A model generated the notes under the pieces. That model was not told the origin of the DNA. It saw only the letters and a program-made list of their open reading frames with translations, and did no database searches. From the NCBI GenBank assembly GCA_030650275.1, contig JAUSEK010000023.1:107581-171580 (forward strand): DNA of 64,000 nt. Direction: 5' to 3'. Source of the stretch: Candidatus Omnitrophota bacterium. Lineage in GTDB: Bacteria; Omnitrophota; Gorgyraeia; Zapsychrales; Fredricksoniimonadaceae. How positions within the stretch are numbered: the stretch's first letter is position 1; each line of letters starts with the position of its first letter. Shown here in pieces: positions 1 through 9,858 of this stretch. A program made the position numbers and the translations under genes.

Positions 1-818
1 ACAACTTTGAGATCCGCAAGCAATTGCTGGAATACGACAATGTCATGAACAAACAGCGCGAGGTGATCTATTCCCTGCGCCGTTCCATCCTGGAAGGCGA
101 GAATTTGAAGGACGTCGTGCTCGACGCTGTGGCCCAGACCGCTGAAGACATGATCGACCAGCATGCGGCTTTGGCCGAGGCCACGGAAAACCCCGTCAAC
201 GTCCTGGCGGCGCAATTGCAGGCCGCCTTTGCGTTGAACATCTATCCGATCAAACATATGTTCGCCGAGTCCTCCACCGCTGAAATTAAGACCGCCGTGG
301 TCGATTTTCTGATGGACGCCTATGAGCTTAAAGAGAAACAATTGACACCCGAAGTCATGCGCCGCATGGAACGCATGGTCCTTCTGCACGTCATTGACAC
401 CCAATGGAAAGACCATTTGCACGCGATGGACCATATCAAGGACGGCATCAGCTTGCGCGCCCTGGGCCAGCGCGATCCGCTGGTTGAATATAAAAAAGAA
501 GGTTTCGCGATGTTCAAGACGCTGTACGGGACCATTAACCACGAGGTCGCCTCCCTGATGTTCAAGCTTGAACCGCCGCAAGGCCAGGAGGAGAGACCGC
601 GCACGGTGTTAAGCCGTTTGCCTCAGCATGCCGTGCATCAGGATTTTTCGGGGTTGGCCGCTGCCGCGGCTGCGCCGCAGGGAAGCATCCCTGAGATGGT
701 GGAAGAGATGCCGTCCGCCCCCGCCCTTGTCCCGCTGCGCGCCGAACACAAGGTCGGCCGCAATGATCCCTGCCCATGCGGCAGCGGAAAAAAATACAAA
801 AAATGCTGCGGACAATGA
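1..818 (+). CDS. secA: Preprotein translocase ATPase SecA, C-terminal fragment (5' end lies outside the window)
   Basis: The translation ends in the characteristic SecA zinc-binding tail ...[20 protein letters not shown], and the upstream region matches the SecA C-terminal domains. The ORF runs off the 5' edge of the window. Confidence 0.85.
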   Translation, partial: NFEIRKQLLEYDNVMNKQREVIYSLRRSILEGENLKDVVLDAVAQTAEDMIDQHAALAEATENPVNVLAAQLQAAFALNIYPIKHMFAESSTAEIKTAVVDFLMDAYELKEKQLTPEVMRRMERMVLLHVIDTQWKDHLHAMDHIKDGISLRALGQRDPLVEYKKEGFAMFKTLYGTINHEVASLMFKLEPPQGQEERPRTVLSRLPQHAVHQDFSGLAAAAAAPQGSIPEMVEEMPSAPALVPLRAEHKVGRNDPCPCGSGKKYKKCCGQ

Positions 819-2287
819 TCCTCATCGTCCTTTCCGCTGTCCTGCTGGTCATTTCCTATCCCCAAATGGACTGGGGACCGCTCGCGTGGGTGGCCCTGGT
901 CCCGTTCTTTTTCGCCATCGACGGTAAAAGCGTCCGTTCTGCCTTCAGCTTGGGTTATGCCTGTGGTTTTCTTTTTTTTGCAGGCACCCTGGGCTGGTTC
1001 ATCTACGTGACGTATCCCGGGGCTTTTTTATTCATTGCCTATCTTTCCTTATATTTTGCCGCGTTCGCCGCCGCGTTCGTTTTTTTCCGCCGTTTAGGCC
1101 TGGTCCCGCGCCTGTTCACGCTGTCCGCCGTGTGGGTCGCGCTTGAATTCATCCGCGCCCACGCCTTGAGCGGTTTCGGGTGGGTGTCCCTGGGTCACTC
1201 GCAGTATAAAAATTATCTGCTGATCCAGATCGCGGACGTGACTGGTGTTTACGGCGTGTCGTTTTTGGTCATGCTGGTCAATCTTTTGGTTTTTGAAAGT
1301 TTGAAATTTGTCCATGACATCCGCCAGCTCCGCCGGGCACAGATCATCGTGACCCTACTGGTATGTTTGGTTTTAGGGTACGGTATCGTGGATACGACGC
1401 ATACGCGCGCCTACGGCCAGGTGAAGGTGGGAGTGGTCCAGCCCAACATTCCCCAGTCGCTCAAATGGGACCCCCGCCTGAAAGGGAGGATCGTTGAGCG
1501 CAACATACAATTGACACGCACATTCGGTGTCCATAAGCCCGAGATCATCATCTGGCCGGAAACATCTTTGCCGGGGATCTTGGGGGAATCGCCGGAGCTT
1601 TTTGAACAGGTCAAAAAAACCGCCCGTGACATGCAGACACCGATCCTGATGGGCACCATCATCCAGGAAGGGGAGGAACAATATTACAATTCAGCCGTTC
1701 TTGTTTCTGCCGACGGAGAAATGACCGGCCGTTATGACAAGGTCCATCTGGTGCCTTTCGGCGAGTATTTGCCGTTGCGGCCCGTGCTCGGGTTTATCAA
1801 CCGTTTCATCGGCATGGGGGACTTTACTTCGGGCGTGGAATATACGCTGTTTTCCGCCGGGCGCGAACAGAAAAAATTTGGCGTGCTCATCTGTTTTGAA
1901 GATACCCTGCCGTATTTGCGCCGGGGCTTCACCAATGCCGGGGCGCAATTTTTGGTCAACATGACCAATGACGCCTGGTTTGAGGACACCAAGGCCCCGT
2001 TTTTGCATTTGCAGGCCGCGGTGTTCGGCGCCGTTGAGAACAAGCGCGCGCTGGTGCGCGCGGCCAACACCGGCGTGAGCGCCTTCATTGATCCTTTTGG
2101 CCGCGTCATCCAGGCCGTTCAAAATGAGCGCGGCAAGAAGGCCTTTGTCATGGGCACGGCCGTGGCTGCCTTGCCGCTGGTCAACCAGCGCACGGTGTAC
2201 ACGAAATATGGGGATGTTTTTGCAATGCTTTGTTTCTTGGGTATACTAGGGGCGATATGGGCAACAAGGACCGCATCAAAAAGATAA
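815..2287 (+). CDS. lnt: Apolipoprotein N-acyltransferase (alternative starts at 776 or 803)
   Basis: The N-terminus has multiple TM helices and the C-terminus is a CN-hydrolase domain with a VVQPNIP...WPE motif, which is the Lnt architecture. The ATG at 815 overlaps the secA stop as ATGA. Confidence 0.8.
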   Translation: MILIVLSAVLLVISYPQMDWGPLAWVALVPFFFAIDGKSVRSAFSLGYACGFLFFAGTLGWFIYVTYPGAFLFIAYLSLYFAAFAAAFVFFRRLGLVPRLFTLSAVWVALEFIRAHALSGFGWVSLGHSQYKNYLLIQIADVTGVYGVSFLVMLVNLLVFESLKFVHDIRQLRRAQIIVTLLVCLVLGYGIVDTTHTRAYGQVKVGVVQPNIPQSLKWDPRLKGRIVERNIQLTRTFGVHKPEIIIWPETSLPGILGESPELFEQVKKTARDMQTPILMGTIIQEGEEQYYNSAVLVSADGEMTGRYDKVHLVPFGEYLPLRPVLGFINRFIGMGDFTSGVEYTLFSAGREQKKFGVLICFEDTLPYLRRGFTNAGAQFLVNMTNDAWFEDTKAPFLHLQAAVFGAVENKRALVRAANTGVSAFIDPFGRVIQAVQNERGKKAFVMGTAVAALPLVNQRTVYTKYGDVFAMLCFLGILGAIWATRTASKR

Positions 2288-3186
2288 AACGGGCCATGGC
2301 CCGTTATACGTTTTATTTCTTTTCAGCATTTTTCCGCCTTTTGCCTTATCCCGTCGTGCGCGCCATGACCAATGCCTTGATCGCCCTCGCGTTCGTGATG
2401 GTCAAGCGCATGCGCAAGCTCTCCAGGGAAAGCCTGACCATCGCTTTCGGCAAGGAGAAAGGCGAGCGGGAGATCGAAGATATTATCCGCACCTGTTTTT
2501 CCAATTTGGGCCGCAGCGCCATTGAAATGCTGTATTTCACGCAAAGACCGCAGATGATCACCGCGAAGCTGGCGTTTGTGCCCGGCGCCCGGGAAAACCT
2601 GGAGGCCGCGCTGGCCGAGGGCAAAGGGGTCATCGCGGTCACGGCCCATTTCGGCAATTTTCCGCTCATGCTTTTGTATCTGGCCCGCATGGGATACAAG
2701 ACCAATGCCATCATCCGTCCGGCGCGCGATGAGGTCATTGAAAAGGTCTTCCAGGACACCCGCACACGTTTGGGCCTGCATACCATTTACAGTTATCCGC
2801 GCCTCGAATGCGTCAAAGAATCCCTGCGCGTTTTGCGCAACAAAGAGATCTTGTGCATTCCTTTGGACCAGAATTTCGGGACCGGCGGGGTGTTCGTTAA
2901 ATTTTTCGGCCAGAAAGCGGCCACAGCCACGGGGCCGGTGGTCTTTGCCGCGCGCACGGGCGCGGTCATTCTGCCCATTTTCATTGCCCGCGACGCGGAC
3001 GACCGGCACAAGATCATGACGGAACCGCATTTCGCGATCGAGGCCAAGGCCACGGATGACGAGACCATCCAATACAATGTGGCCAAGATCACCGGCATCA
3101 TCGAGACCTACATACGCCGCTATCCCCACGAATGGGGATGGATGCACCGGCGCTGGAAAAGTAAACCCAAGGAAGAACAAAAATGA
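2257..3186 (+). CDS. Lipid A biosynthesis late acyltransferase (LpxL/HtrB-family lysophospholipid acyltransferase); start uncertain (2230, 2257 or 2296)
   Basis: About 310 aa with an N-terminal membrane anchor and the conserved LPLAT/HtrB domain signature. It sits downstream of lnt. Confidence 0.65.
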   Translation: MGNKDRIKKIKRAMARYTFYFFSAFFRLLPYPVVRAMTNALIALAFVMVKRMRKLSRESLTIAFGKEKGEREIEDIIRTCFSNLGRSAIEMLYFTQRPQMITAKLAFVPGARENLEAALAEGKGVIAVTAHFGNFPLMLLYLARMGYKTNAIIRPARDEVIEKVFQDTRTRLGLHTIYSYPRLECVKESLRVLRNKEILCIPLDQNFGTGGVFVKFFGQKAATATGPVVFAARTGAVILPIFIARDADDRHKIMTEPHFAIEAKATDDETIQYNVAKITGIIETYIRRYPHEWGWMHRRWKSKPKEEQK

Positions 3187-3353
3187 AAAAAATACTATTG
3201 TCCGGGTTCGGATTTTTGTTGGTCATCGGCGGTATGGCGCTCACCCTGGCGCAATGGGAGATCCTGGCCATGGTCATCAGGGCCTGTGCCGGGCCTGTCC
3301 TGGCCGTTGCCGGCCTTGTCATCCTGTTCGCCGCTTCTTCTCAAAAACAATGA
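3183..3353 (+). CDS. Small hydrophobic protein (56 aa), hypothetical
   Basis: The product MKKILLSGFGFLLVIGGMALTLAQWEILAMVIRACAGPVLAVAGLVILFAASSQKQ is predicted to form two TM helices. Its stop overlaps the next ATG as ATGA. It is below the 60-aa cutoff of the ORF track. Confidence 0.3.
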   Translation: MKKILLSGFGFLLVIGGMALTLAQWEILAMVIRACAGPVLAVAGLVILFAASSQKQ

Positions 3354-4006
3354 AACTCATCATCTTCGACCTCGACGGCACGCTGGTCAATGCCTATCCG
3401 GCCGTGCATGCGAGCATCAATCACACGCTCAGAGCCATGGGATTTTTGCCCCGGTCCGCCGCGGTCATCAAAAGTTCCGTGGGCTGGGGGGACCGGCATT
3501 TGCTGGAGACATTTGTAGGCAAAGCGAAAGGTAAGGCGGCCATTAAAATATACCGCAGGCATCATGCCGTGGCCCTGAAGACCGGCGTTCGGTTTTTGTC
3601 CGGCGCCAAAGCGATTCTAACATTTCTAAAAAGGTCCGGCTATCGGCTGGCCGTGGCCAGCAATCGTCCGACGAAGTTCACGCTCCTGATCCTTAAGATG
3701 CTTGGCGCGCGGGCGTATTTCGACATGGTGTTGTGCGCGGACAAAGTCCAAAGGCCAAAGCCCCATCCGGACATGCTCATTAAGATCATGCGTCTGCTTA
3801 AGGTCAGGAAAGAAGAGACGCTTTATGTCGGGGACATGACCATTGATGTCCTCACGGGCCGCGGGGCCCGCGTGCGCACCGTGGCGGTGGCCACGGGGTC
3901 GAGCACAACAGCGCAATTAAAACGATTGAAACCCTGGCGCGTGATTGATAAGATGAGTTGTCTAAAAACCATCATAGGAGGTTTTCATGAGCAAAAAGAA
4001 ACGTAA
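3350..4006 (+). CDS. HAD-superfamily hydrolase (phosphoglycolate phosphatase-like)
   Basis: The N-terminus MKLIIFDLDGTLV carries HAD motif I (DxDGT), with later motifs present (S/T..N.., K...GD). The 3056..3349 upstream extension in the ORF track is not needed for this call. Confidence 0.75.
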   Translation: MKLIIFDLDGTLVNAYPAVHASINHTLRAMGFLPRSAAVIKSSVGWGDRHLLETFVGKAKGKAAIKIYRRHHAVALKTGVRFLSGAKAILTFLKRSGYRLAVASNRPTKFTLLILKMLGARAYFDMVLCADKVQRPKPHPDMLIKIMRLLKVRKEETLYVGDMTIDVLTGRGARVRTVAVATGSSTTAQLKRLKPWRVIDKMSCLKTIIGGFHEQKET

Positions 4007-4067
4007 GGGCAAACTCAACTGGCGTTCCAAAAAGGCCAACCACGGCACCAAACCCGGCAAGGGCTAA
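3987..4067 (+). CDS. Very small basic protein (26 aa), possibly bTHX-like ribosome-associated
   Basis: A perfect Shine-Dalgarno AGGAGG lies 5 nt upstream of the ATG. The product is MSKKKRKGKLNWRSKKANHGTKPGKG, and its GK(L/I)xWR(S/G)...G(T)xxP pattern resembles Thx/bTHX. It overlaps the 3' end of the HAD gene in another frame. Confidence 0.3.
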   Translation: MSKKKRKGKLNWRSKKANHGTKPGKG

Positions 4068-4118
4068 TTCTTTAAAATTTTTTTAGTCCTCACGCTGTTT
4101 GTGATATAAACTATAAGT

Positions 4119-4517
4119 ATGATCAGTTCCCGGATGCGCTGTTTGCATTGTTTTTTAGCCCTTGTTCTGGTTGTTTCCGCGGCCGGTTGCACGGCCCCTT
4201 TATTGTTTATAGGCGCCGGCGCGGTGGGCGGTTATGCCGTCAGCGGCGACACCTTTGAGGGGATCACGGCCAAAAGCCAGGAGGAGATTTGGGATGCCGC
4301 CTATCGCGTGGCCTCCATCATGGGCACCATTGAAGAAGACAACCGCCGCAGCGGGCAAATGACCGCCCGCATCAACGGCGCCCGCGTGACCATAACGCTG
4401 GTACCGGTCAATTTGACATCTACTACACTGCGCATCAAGGCCCGCAAAGGCATTTTTCCCCGTAGAGGCACCGCCCAAGAGGTTTATGTCAAGATCAACA
4501 CCCAGCTGGAAGAATAG
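4119..4517 (+). CDS. Lipoprotein, hypothetical (DUF3568-like size and shape)
   Basis: It has a signal peptide with the lipobox LVVSAAGC and is 132 aa. Confidence 0.5.
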   Translation: MISSRMRCLHCFLALVLVVSAAGCTAPLLFIGAGAVGGYAVSGDTFEGITAKSQEEIWDAAYRVASIMGTIEEDNRRSGQMTARINGARVTITLVPVNLTSTTLRIKARKGIFPRRGTAQEVYVKINTQLEE

Positions 4518-4535
4518 GCTTTTCGATTTTATTAT

Positions 4536-4563
4536 TTGACAAAGCACAGAAAGCTGTTATATT
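4536..4563 (+). promoter_or_regulatory. Sigma70-type promoter (TTGACA-16-TATATT) upstream of the csp leader
   Basis: An exact -35 hexamer sits at 4536-4541 and a -10-like TATATT at 4558-4563. Confidence 0.45.
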
Positions 4564-4596
4564 ATCCCTTGTATATGAGCAACGGTGATCTTAAGC

Positions 4597-4636
4597 CCGC
4601 AAGGTAGAAGGTGACGTGCCTTGCGGCTTTTTTATT
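4597..4636 (+). terminator. Rho-independent terminator-like hairpin in the csp 5' leader (possible attenuator)
   Basis: CCGCAAGG pairs with CCTTGCGG across a 14-nt loop, followed by CTTTTTTATT. It lies between the promoter and the csp ATG at 4701. Confidence 0.5.
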
Positions 4637-4700
4637 GCCTGCCAGGCGGGATCATACAAAAACGTTGGCTCAAGTTTAATAAAGAGGAGGTATCAAAGAA

Positions 4701-4901
4701 ATGGTTAAAGGTAAAGTAAAGTGGTTCAATGATCAAAAAGGTTTTGGATTCATTACTCCCGAAAACGGCAAAGATGTGTTTGTCCATCACAGCGTCATTC
4801 AGGGTGATGGTTACAGATCGTTAGCTGAAGGCCAGGACGTCGAGTTTGAGATCGTCCAGGGACCTAAAGGCGAGCAAGCCCAGAACGTGGTGAAATTGTA
4901 A
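4701..4901 (+). CDS. cspA: Cold-shock protein (CspA family)
   Basis: The 66-aa product [18 protein letters not shown]...VHHS... carries the canonical CSD RNP1/RNP2 motifs. The Shine-Dalgarno is AAGAGGAGG. Confidence 0.95.
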   Translation: MVKGKVKWFNDQKGFGFITPENGKDVFVHHSVIQGDGYRSLAEGQDVEFEIVQGPKGEQAQNVVKL

Positions 4902-4912
4902 AAAACAACTGG

Positions 4913-4985
4913 TCCCTTTTGGGGCCATGTTTTTTAATAGCCGCAAAAACCCTCCGTGACTTTATTAGTTGCGGAGGGTTTTTCA
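4913..4985. terminator. Two consecutive hairpins with T/A runs forming a bidirectional terminator between convergent csp and MFS genes
   Basis: The first hairpin is GGTCCC-TTTT-GGGGCC followed by TGTTTTTT. The second is AAACCCTCCG paired with CGGAGGGTTT, flanked by AAAAA on one side and TTTTT on the other. Confidence 0.55.
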
Positions 4986-6200
4986 TTTTTCGCGTTCGAG
5001 GGTGCGGGGATTAAAGCGCAGGGCGCGCAATTGGGGAGCTAATGCCGCGGTCAAGCCGACGACGGCCAGCGTCACCAGGCCGCCGGCCGCGACACAGGGA
5101 ATTGTTCCTATCAGCGCCGCCACCATGCCGCTTTCAAAGGCGCCGAGTTCATTCGAAGCGCAGATAAAGACCCAGCTGACCCCCGAGATCCTTCCGCGCA
5201 TGTCATCCGGCGAAAGCAACCGTACCATGGACCGGCGGATGACCATGCTCACCCCGTCAAAGATCCCGCTCAAGGTCAGGGCGGCCATGGACAGCCAGAA
5301 ATTTTTTGAAAAAGCGAAAATGAGGATGCTCACGCCAAATCCCGTCACGGCCAGCAGTAGATTGCGGCCCGCGTTGGTCATGGGCGGATGACGGGCGGCG
5401 ACGAGCATCATCAGCAAAGCCCCCGCGGACGGCGCGGCGTTGAGCAATCCGAACCCCTTGGCCCCGACGTGCAGAATATCATTGGCAAAGATGGGCAAAA
5501 GGGCGATGGCCCCCCCGAACAGCACGGCGAAGAGATCCAGCGCCAGGGCCCCCAAAAGCGGCTGATGGCCGAACACGAAACGCCATCCGATGCGGATACT
5601 TTTCAGCACCGGCTCCTTGTGTTCCGGCATGGTCTGCCGGCGCGGCCCTATCCCCAGCGTGCACAGCCAAGAGAGGATAAAGAATCCTGTGATGAAAACG
5701 TAGGAACCCGCCGCCCCCTTAGCATCAAACACAAAACCGATGATCGCGGGCCCCGCGATGGAACATCCGATCCACGTACTGCCTATCCACGACGAGGCCT
5801 TGACCGTGAGTTCTTGAGGGACCACCTGCGCTTCAAAAGCGCTGTTGGCCGGGTCGGCGAATCCGCGCGCGATACCGGCCAGAAAGATGACGCCGTAAAG
5901 GGGCAAAACCGACGTGTGATGACCTTCCAAAGAAAGCGCGGCCAGCGCCGCGGCGCACAGGCAGGACGCGGCGCGGGTGATGAGAAGTATTTTGCGGCGG
6001 TTGAAATGGTCGGCCACGTGTCCGCCGACGAGGACCAGGGCAATGGCCGGCACGGCTTCCACCAGCCCCAGCCAGCCCAGGGCCATGGCGCTGTGGGTGA
6101 TCTGGTAAATTTGGAAACCGATGACAACGGCCAGCGCCCGGCTGGCCAGTGTGAAGGACCCGACGGAACTGATGAAAAGACGGAGGTCAGGGTTGTTCAT
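4983..6200 (-). CDS. MFS transporter (EntS/enterobactin-exporter-like family)
   Basis: 405 aa with about 12 predicted TM helices and the MFS pattern G..ADR...R..L. Confidence 0.8.
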   Translation of the reverse strand: MNNPDLRLFISSVGSFTLASRALAVVIGFQIYQITHSAMALGWLGLVEAVPAIALVLVGGHVADHFNRRKILLITRAASCLCAAALAALSLEGHHTSVLPLYGVIFLAGIARGFADPANSAFEAQVVPQELTVKASSWIGSTWIGCSIAGPAIIGFVFDAKGAAGSYVFITGFFILSWLCTLGIGPRRQTMPEHKEPVLKSIRIGWRFVFGHQPLLGALALDLFAVLFGGAIALLPIFANDILHVGAKGFGLLNAAPSAGALLMMLVAARHPPMTNAGRNLLLAVTGFGVSILIFAFSKNFWLSMAALTLSGIFDGVSMVIRRSMVRLLSPDDMRGRISGVSWVFICASNELGAFESGMVAALIGTIPCVAAGGLVTLAVVGLTAALAPQLRALRFNPRTLEREK

Positions 6201-6278
6201 GGTTTCAGGGTAATTTTTCCATAAACCCGTGGGCGGTTCAAGGGTTTATGCTAAAATCACTTCATCCATCAAAAGTCG

Positions 6279-6307
6279 TTGATATAGATAATACTTACAG
6301 ATATAAT
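6279..6307 (+). promoter_or_regulatory. Sigma70 promoter TTGATA-17-TATAAT upstream of trxA
   Basis: The hexamers are exact at 6279-6284 and 6302-6307. Confidence 0.5.
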
Positions 6308-6375
6308 AATTTATTATTAAACCGCCTTGGCGCGTGGCGCTTAGGCGTGTTTTGTTTAATATGGAGGGATATTCT

Positions 6376-6696
6376 ATGGGCGCTTTGCATTTGAACGAAA
6401 GCAATTTCAGCCAGGAAGTGGAAAAGTCCACTCTTCCTGTCCTGGTGGATTTTTGGGCCGAGTGGTGCGGGCCATGCAAGGCCATCGGGCCGATCATTGA
6501 ACAATTGTCCGTTGAGCTGCAGGGTAAGATGAAAGTCGCCAAGGTCAACGTGGACGAATGCCCGGACTTGGCGGGGAAGTTCAACATCATGTCCATTCCC
6601 AGCATGCTGATCTTCAAGAACGGCGCGCCCGTGGACCAGATCGTCGGGGCTAGCCCTAAGGACCGGATTTTGGAAAAATTGAATCCGCATTTGTAA
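6376..6696 (+). CDS. trxA: Thioredoxin (alternative start at 6334)
   Basis: It has the WCGPCK active site and is about 106 aa. A GGAGGG Shine-Dalgarno lies upstream of the ATG at 6376. Confidence 0.9.
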   Translation: MGALHLNESNFSQEVEKSTLPVLVDFWAEWCGPCKAIGPIIEQLSVELQGKMKVAKVNVDECPDLAGKFNIMSIPSMLIFKNGAPVDQIVGASPKDRILEKLNPHL

Positions 6697-6706
6697 GGGA
6701 CCGTCT

Positions 6707-7057
6707 ATGTTCATTCAGGTTTTAAAATCAAAGATCGGTCATGCCACGGTCACGGATGCCCAATTGCATTATGAGGGAAGTATCACCATTGATACAGACC
6801 TCATCAAGGCGGCCGGCTTGATCGTCGGCGAGAAAGTGCATGTCCTTAACGAGAACAACGGTACGCGTCTGGAAACCTATGTGATCGCGGGAAAGCCGGG
6901 TTCGGGGGAGGTTTGTCTCAACGGTCCGGCCGCGCTGCACGGCAAGGCCGGCGACAGGGTCATTATTTTGAGTTATGCTTTGGCCGAATCGCAGGAGGCC
7001 AAAAAGATCATGCCGACGATCATTTATCTGGACGGCAAAAATAGAATAAAAAAATAA
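6707..7057 (+). CDS. panD: Aspartate 1-decarboxylase
   Basis: The product MFIQVLKSKIGHATVTDAQLHYEGSITID... matches the conserved PanD N-terminus including the processing-site Ser. It is 116 aa. Confidence 0.9.
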   Translation: MFIQVLKSKIGHATVTDAQLHYEGSITIDTDLIKAAGLIVGEKVHVLNENNGTRLETYVIAGKPGSGEVCLNGPAALHGKAGDRVIILSYALAESQEAKKIMPTIIYLDGKNRIKK

Positions 7058-7067
7058 CAACACCCCT

Positions 7068-7601
7068 ATGGTTGCCGGTATCTTAAAGATCCGATTGTTA
7101 GGTGACCCGTGCCTGCGCCGCAAGTCCAGACCGGTCAAGGAAGTCGGGCCGGTTGAGCGCGTGCTCATCAATGCCCTGTTCGCGACTTTGAAAGAGCATA
7201 AGGGGGTGGGTCTGGCCGCCCCGCAGGTGGGGATCAATGAGCAGATCTTTGTCGTGGATACGGGTAAGGACGCGTTCGCGGTCGTCAACCCCAGGATCTT
7301 AAAAAGCGAAGGCAAGGCCGCGACCGAGGAGGGGTGTTTGAGCATCCCGAATCTGCATGTCAAGGTCAAAAGGGCCAAGGAGCTTGTGGTTGAATTCACC
7401 GACGAACATGACCGGCGCTTCCGGGCTGAAATGTCGGGCCTGACCGCCAGGGTGTTCCAGCATGAACACGACCATCTCAACGGCAAGCTCATCATTGATT
7501 ACCTGCCTCCCGTCAAAAAGGCGCAGGTGCTCAAAGAGATCAAAGACGGTGTTTTCATCGGGAAGACCGGCCATGATGCAGGCAACACAAGAGAGATTTG
7601 A
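7068..7601 (+). CDS. def: Peptide deformylase
   Basis: It carries the GLAAPQVG, EGCLS and QHEHDHLNG motifs. Confidence 0.95.
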   Translation: MVAGILKIRLLGDPCLRRKSRPVKEVGPVERVLINALFATLKEHKGVGLAAPQVGINEQIFVVDTGKDAFAVVNPRILKSEGKAATEEGCLSIPNLHVKVKRAKELVVEFTDEHDRRFRAEMSGLTARVFQHEHDHLNGKLIIDYLPPVKKAQVLKEIKDGVFIGKTGHDAGNTREI

Positions 7602-8484
7602 GTCGGGACTCGTCAAACTCCCGCCATGGTTCAGGCAGGAATTGCCGGACATGGGCAAGGTCCGGGCCATGAAAGAAATGCTGCGCGCCTCGCGTTTGCA
7701 TACGGTGTGCGAAAGCGCGCGCTGCCCCAATATGGGCCAATGCTGGGGCGAGGGCGTGGCCACGTTCATGATCTTAGGGGGCACGTGCACGCGCGCGTGC
7801 CGTTTTTGCGCCGTGCCTGCCGGACGGCCCGAGACCGTGGATGAGCAGGAACCCCGGGGCGTGGCGGATGCGGTCAGGCAATTGGGCCTGCGTTATGTTG
7901 TGCTGACGTCGGTGGCCCGCGATGACCTCAAGGACGAAGGGGCGTTCCAGTTCGTGCGCACCATCGCCGCCATCCGTTGTTTGACCCCGCAGGTCAAGAT
8001 CGAGGTCCTCATTCCTGATTTTTCCGCGAAAGAGGACGCGTTAAAGATATTGAGCGAAGCGGTCCCCGAGGTGGTCAGCCATAATATTGAGACCGTGCGG
8101 CGTTGTTCGCCGCTGTTACGGCCGCAGGCGGACCATGACCGGTCTTTGCGGGTGCTCAAGCGTTTCCGTGAATTGAACCCTGGTGGTTTTGTGAAATCAT
8201 CGTTCATGGTCGGCGCGGGTGAGACCGACGAGGAGATCGTTGTGCTGATGGAGGAATTGCTGGAGGCCGGATGTCAGATATTGACCATCGGCCAATATCT
8301 GGCGCCCACCCGGATGAAACGGCATTTGCCCGTGGCGCGTTTTGGGACGCCTGAACAATTTGAACGCTACCGCGCCATCGGCAGGAACATGGGTTTCAAA
8401 TACGTGATGAGCGGACCGCTGGTGCGCAGTTCCTACATCGCCGAAGAAGGGTATCATGAGTGCATGAAAGCGATGGCGGCATGA
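7575..8484 (+). CDS. lipA: Lipoyl synthase
   Basis: It has the radical-SAM motif CTRACRFC and the N-terminal cluster CESARCPNMGQC. Confidence 0.9.
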
Positions 8485-9452
8485 TCTCTTTTTTGGCCCG
8501 TCTTGGTTTAAGCGTCGTACTTTTGGGGTGGATCTTAAGCCGTATAGATCTGACCAAGACGTGGCAAGCCCTTAAGGGGGCGGACCCCTGGCTCATGTTC
8601 GCGGCGTTTTTGATATTCATCGCCACCAATGTCATCATTTTTTTCCGTTGGAGGGTGTTCATCAGGGCGCTGGACCTTAAATGCAATACTTTTGACGGCG
8701 CGCGCTGGTTTTTGATCGGGCTGTTTTGCAACCTTTTTTTGCCGACTTCCGTCGGTGGGGACGTGGTCAAAGGCATGGGGCTGGCCAAAGCCACCGGCCA
8801 GAACCCCAAGGTGTTCGCCTCCATCGTCCTGGACCGTCTGGCGGGGTTTTCGGGCATCGTGATCACGGCCTGCGTTTCTTTTGCCTTCGGCCGCGCCGTG
8901 GTCCAGGATCCGTCGGTGCTCATGTCCATCGCGGTGATGACGGCGGTGTCCGTGCTTTTAGCCGTGACACTTTTCAGCCGCCGCATTTTTTATTGGGTCG
9001 CCTCCGTGTTCGTATTCTGGCCGCGCCTGAAAAACGCGTTGATGGAATGGCACGATGACATCCTGCTCATGCGCGGCAAACAGCTCCAGGGTCTGGAGAC
9101 CATCGGGCTTTCCATTCTGGCCCAGCTGGTCCTGGCGTTTGAATTTTACGTGACGGCCAAGGCCATGCATCAGGAGATCGCTCTGGTGTATTTCGTGATC
9201 TTTTCGCCGCTGGTGTGCGTGGCCACGTCTTTGCCATCCATCGGGGGATTGGGCGTGCGCGAGGTCGGCTGGGTGTATCTGCTGTCCAAGGTGGGCGTGC
9301 ACCAGGGGGTCGCCGTGGGCCTAAGCCTGCTCAACTTTTTTTTCATGGTCCTCGTCGGGCTTTGCGGGGGGATTTTTTATGTCGCTACATTATCTGGTCG
9401 ACGGCTACAACGTGGTCAAGCAGGCCCCGGCCTTGGCAGACCGGTCGCTTGA
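8481..9452 (+). CDS. Flippase-like/UPF0104 family membrane protein (lysylphosphatidylglycerol-synthase TM-domain-like)
   Basis: It is polytopic, about 320 aa, and has the conserved FRW...LP.S.GGD...G motif of the UPF0104/MprF flippase-like domain. Confidence 0.55.
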   Translation: MISFLARLGLSVVLLGWILSRIDLTKTWQALKGADPWLMFAAFLIFIATNVIIFFRWRVFIRALDLKCNTFDGARWFLIGLFCNLFLPTSVGGDVVKGMGLAKATGQNPKVFASIVLDRLAGFSGIVITACVSFAFGRAVVQDPSVLMSIAVMTAVSVLLAVTLFSRRIFYWVASVFVFWPRLKNALMEWHDDILLMRGKQLQGLETIGLSILAQLVLAFEFYVTAKAMHQEIALVYFVIFSPLVCVATSLPSIGGLGVREVGWVYLLSKVGVHQGVAVGLSLLNFFFMVLVGLCGGIFYVATLSGRRLQRGQAGPGLGRPVA

Positions 9453-9858
9453 GCAAGGCCGCGACGGGCTTTTGCGCTGGATCGATGCCCAACGTCCTCA
9501 AGGCAGTATTAACAACCGCGTGACCGTTGTTTTTGACGGCAGCAGTGAACATTTCGGCGGCGCTTTCGCCGGGACCGCCCAGGTGATCTTTTCCAGGGAC
9601 GAAAGCGCGGACGAATGCATCAAGACCATGGTGGAGAAAAGCGCTGCCAGGTCCAATGTGGTTGTTGTCAGCGATGACAAGGGAATTACGCTGTATGTCC
9701 GTTCTTTGGGGGCCAGGATCATGGGGGTCAAAGAATTTGCCGCGGACCTGTTCGACGCGCCATCCGGGTCATCACCCAAAAAAGGACGCGGCAAATATAT
9801 TTCTTTGGCCCAAGCCCAGCAGATCAATGAGGAATTAAAGAAGATCTGGTTGAAATAA
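9379..9858 (+). CDS. NYN-domain RNase (YacP/Rae1-like)
   Basis: The N-terminus MSLHYLVDGYNVV and the downstream acidic residues are typical of the YacP-like NYN domain. It is 159 aa. Confidence 0.6.
   Translation: MSLHYLVDGYNVVKQAPALADRSLEQGRDGLLRWIDAQRPQGSINNRVTVVFDGSSEHFGGAFAGTAQVIFSRDESADECIKTMVEKSAARSNVVVVSDDKGITLYVRSLGARIMGVKEFAADLFDAPSGSSPKKGRGKYISLAQAQQINEELKKIWLK

Noticed and set aside
3056-3349. 5' extension of the HAD hydrolase ORF (316-aa version)
   Set aside because: The extension overlaps the acyltransferase gene and the small membrane ORF. The HAD motif I (DLDGT) sits at the N-terminus when translation starts at 3350.
5388-6224. 278-aa + strand ORF antisense to the MFS transporter gene
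   Set aside because: It lies entirely within a well-supported 12-TM MFS gene on the opposite strand. The product is low-complexity and Arg/Gly/Pro-rich, typical of spurious antisense ORFs in high-GC DNA.
6728-7495. 255-aa minus-strand ORF
   Set aside because: It is antisense to panD and def, both high-confidence.
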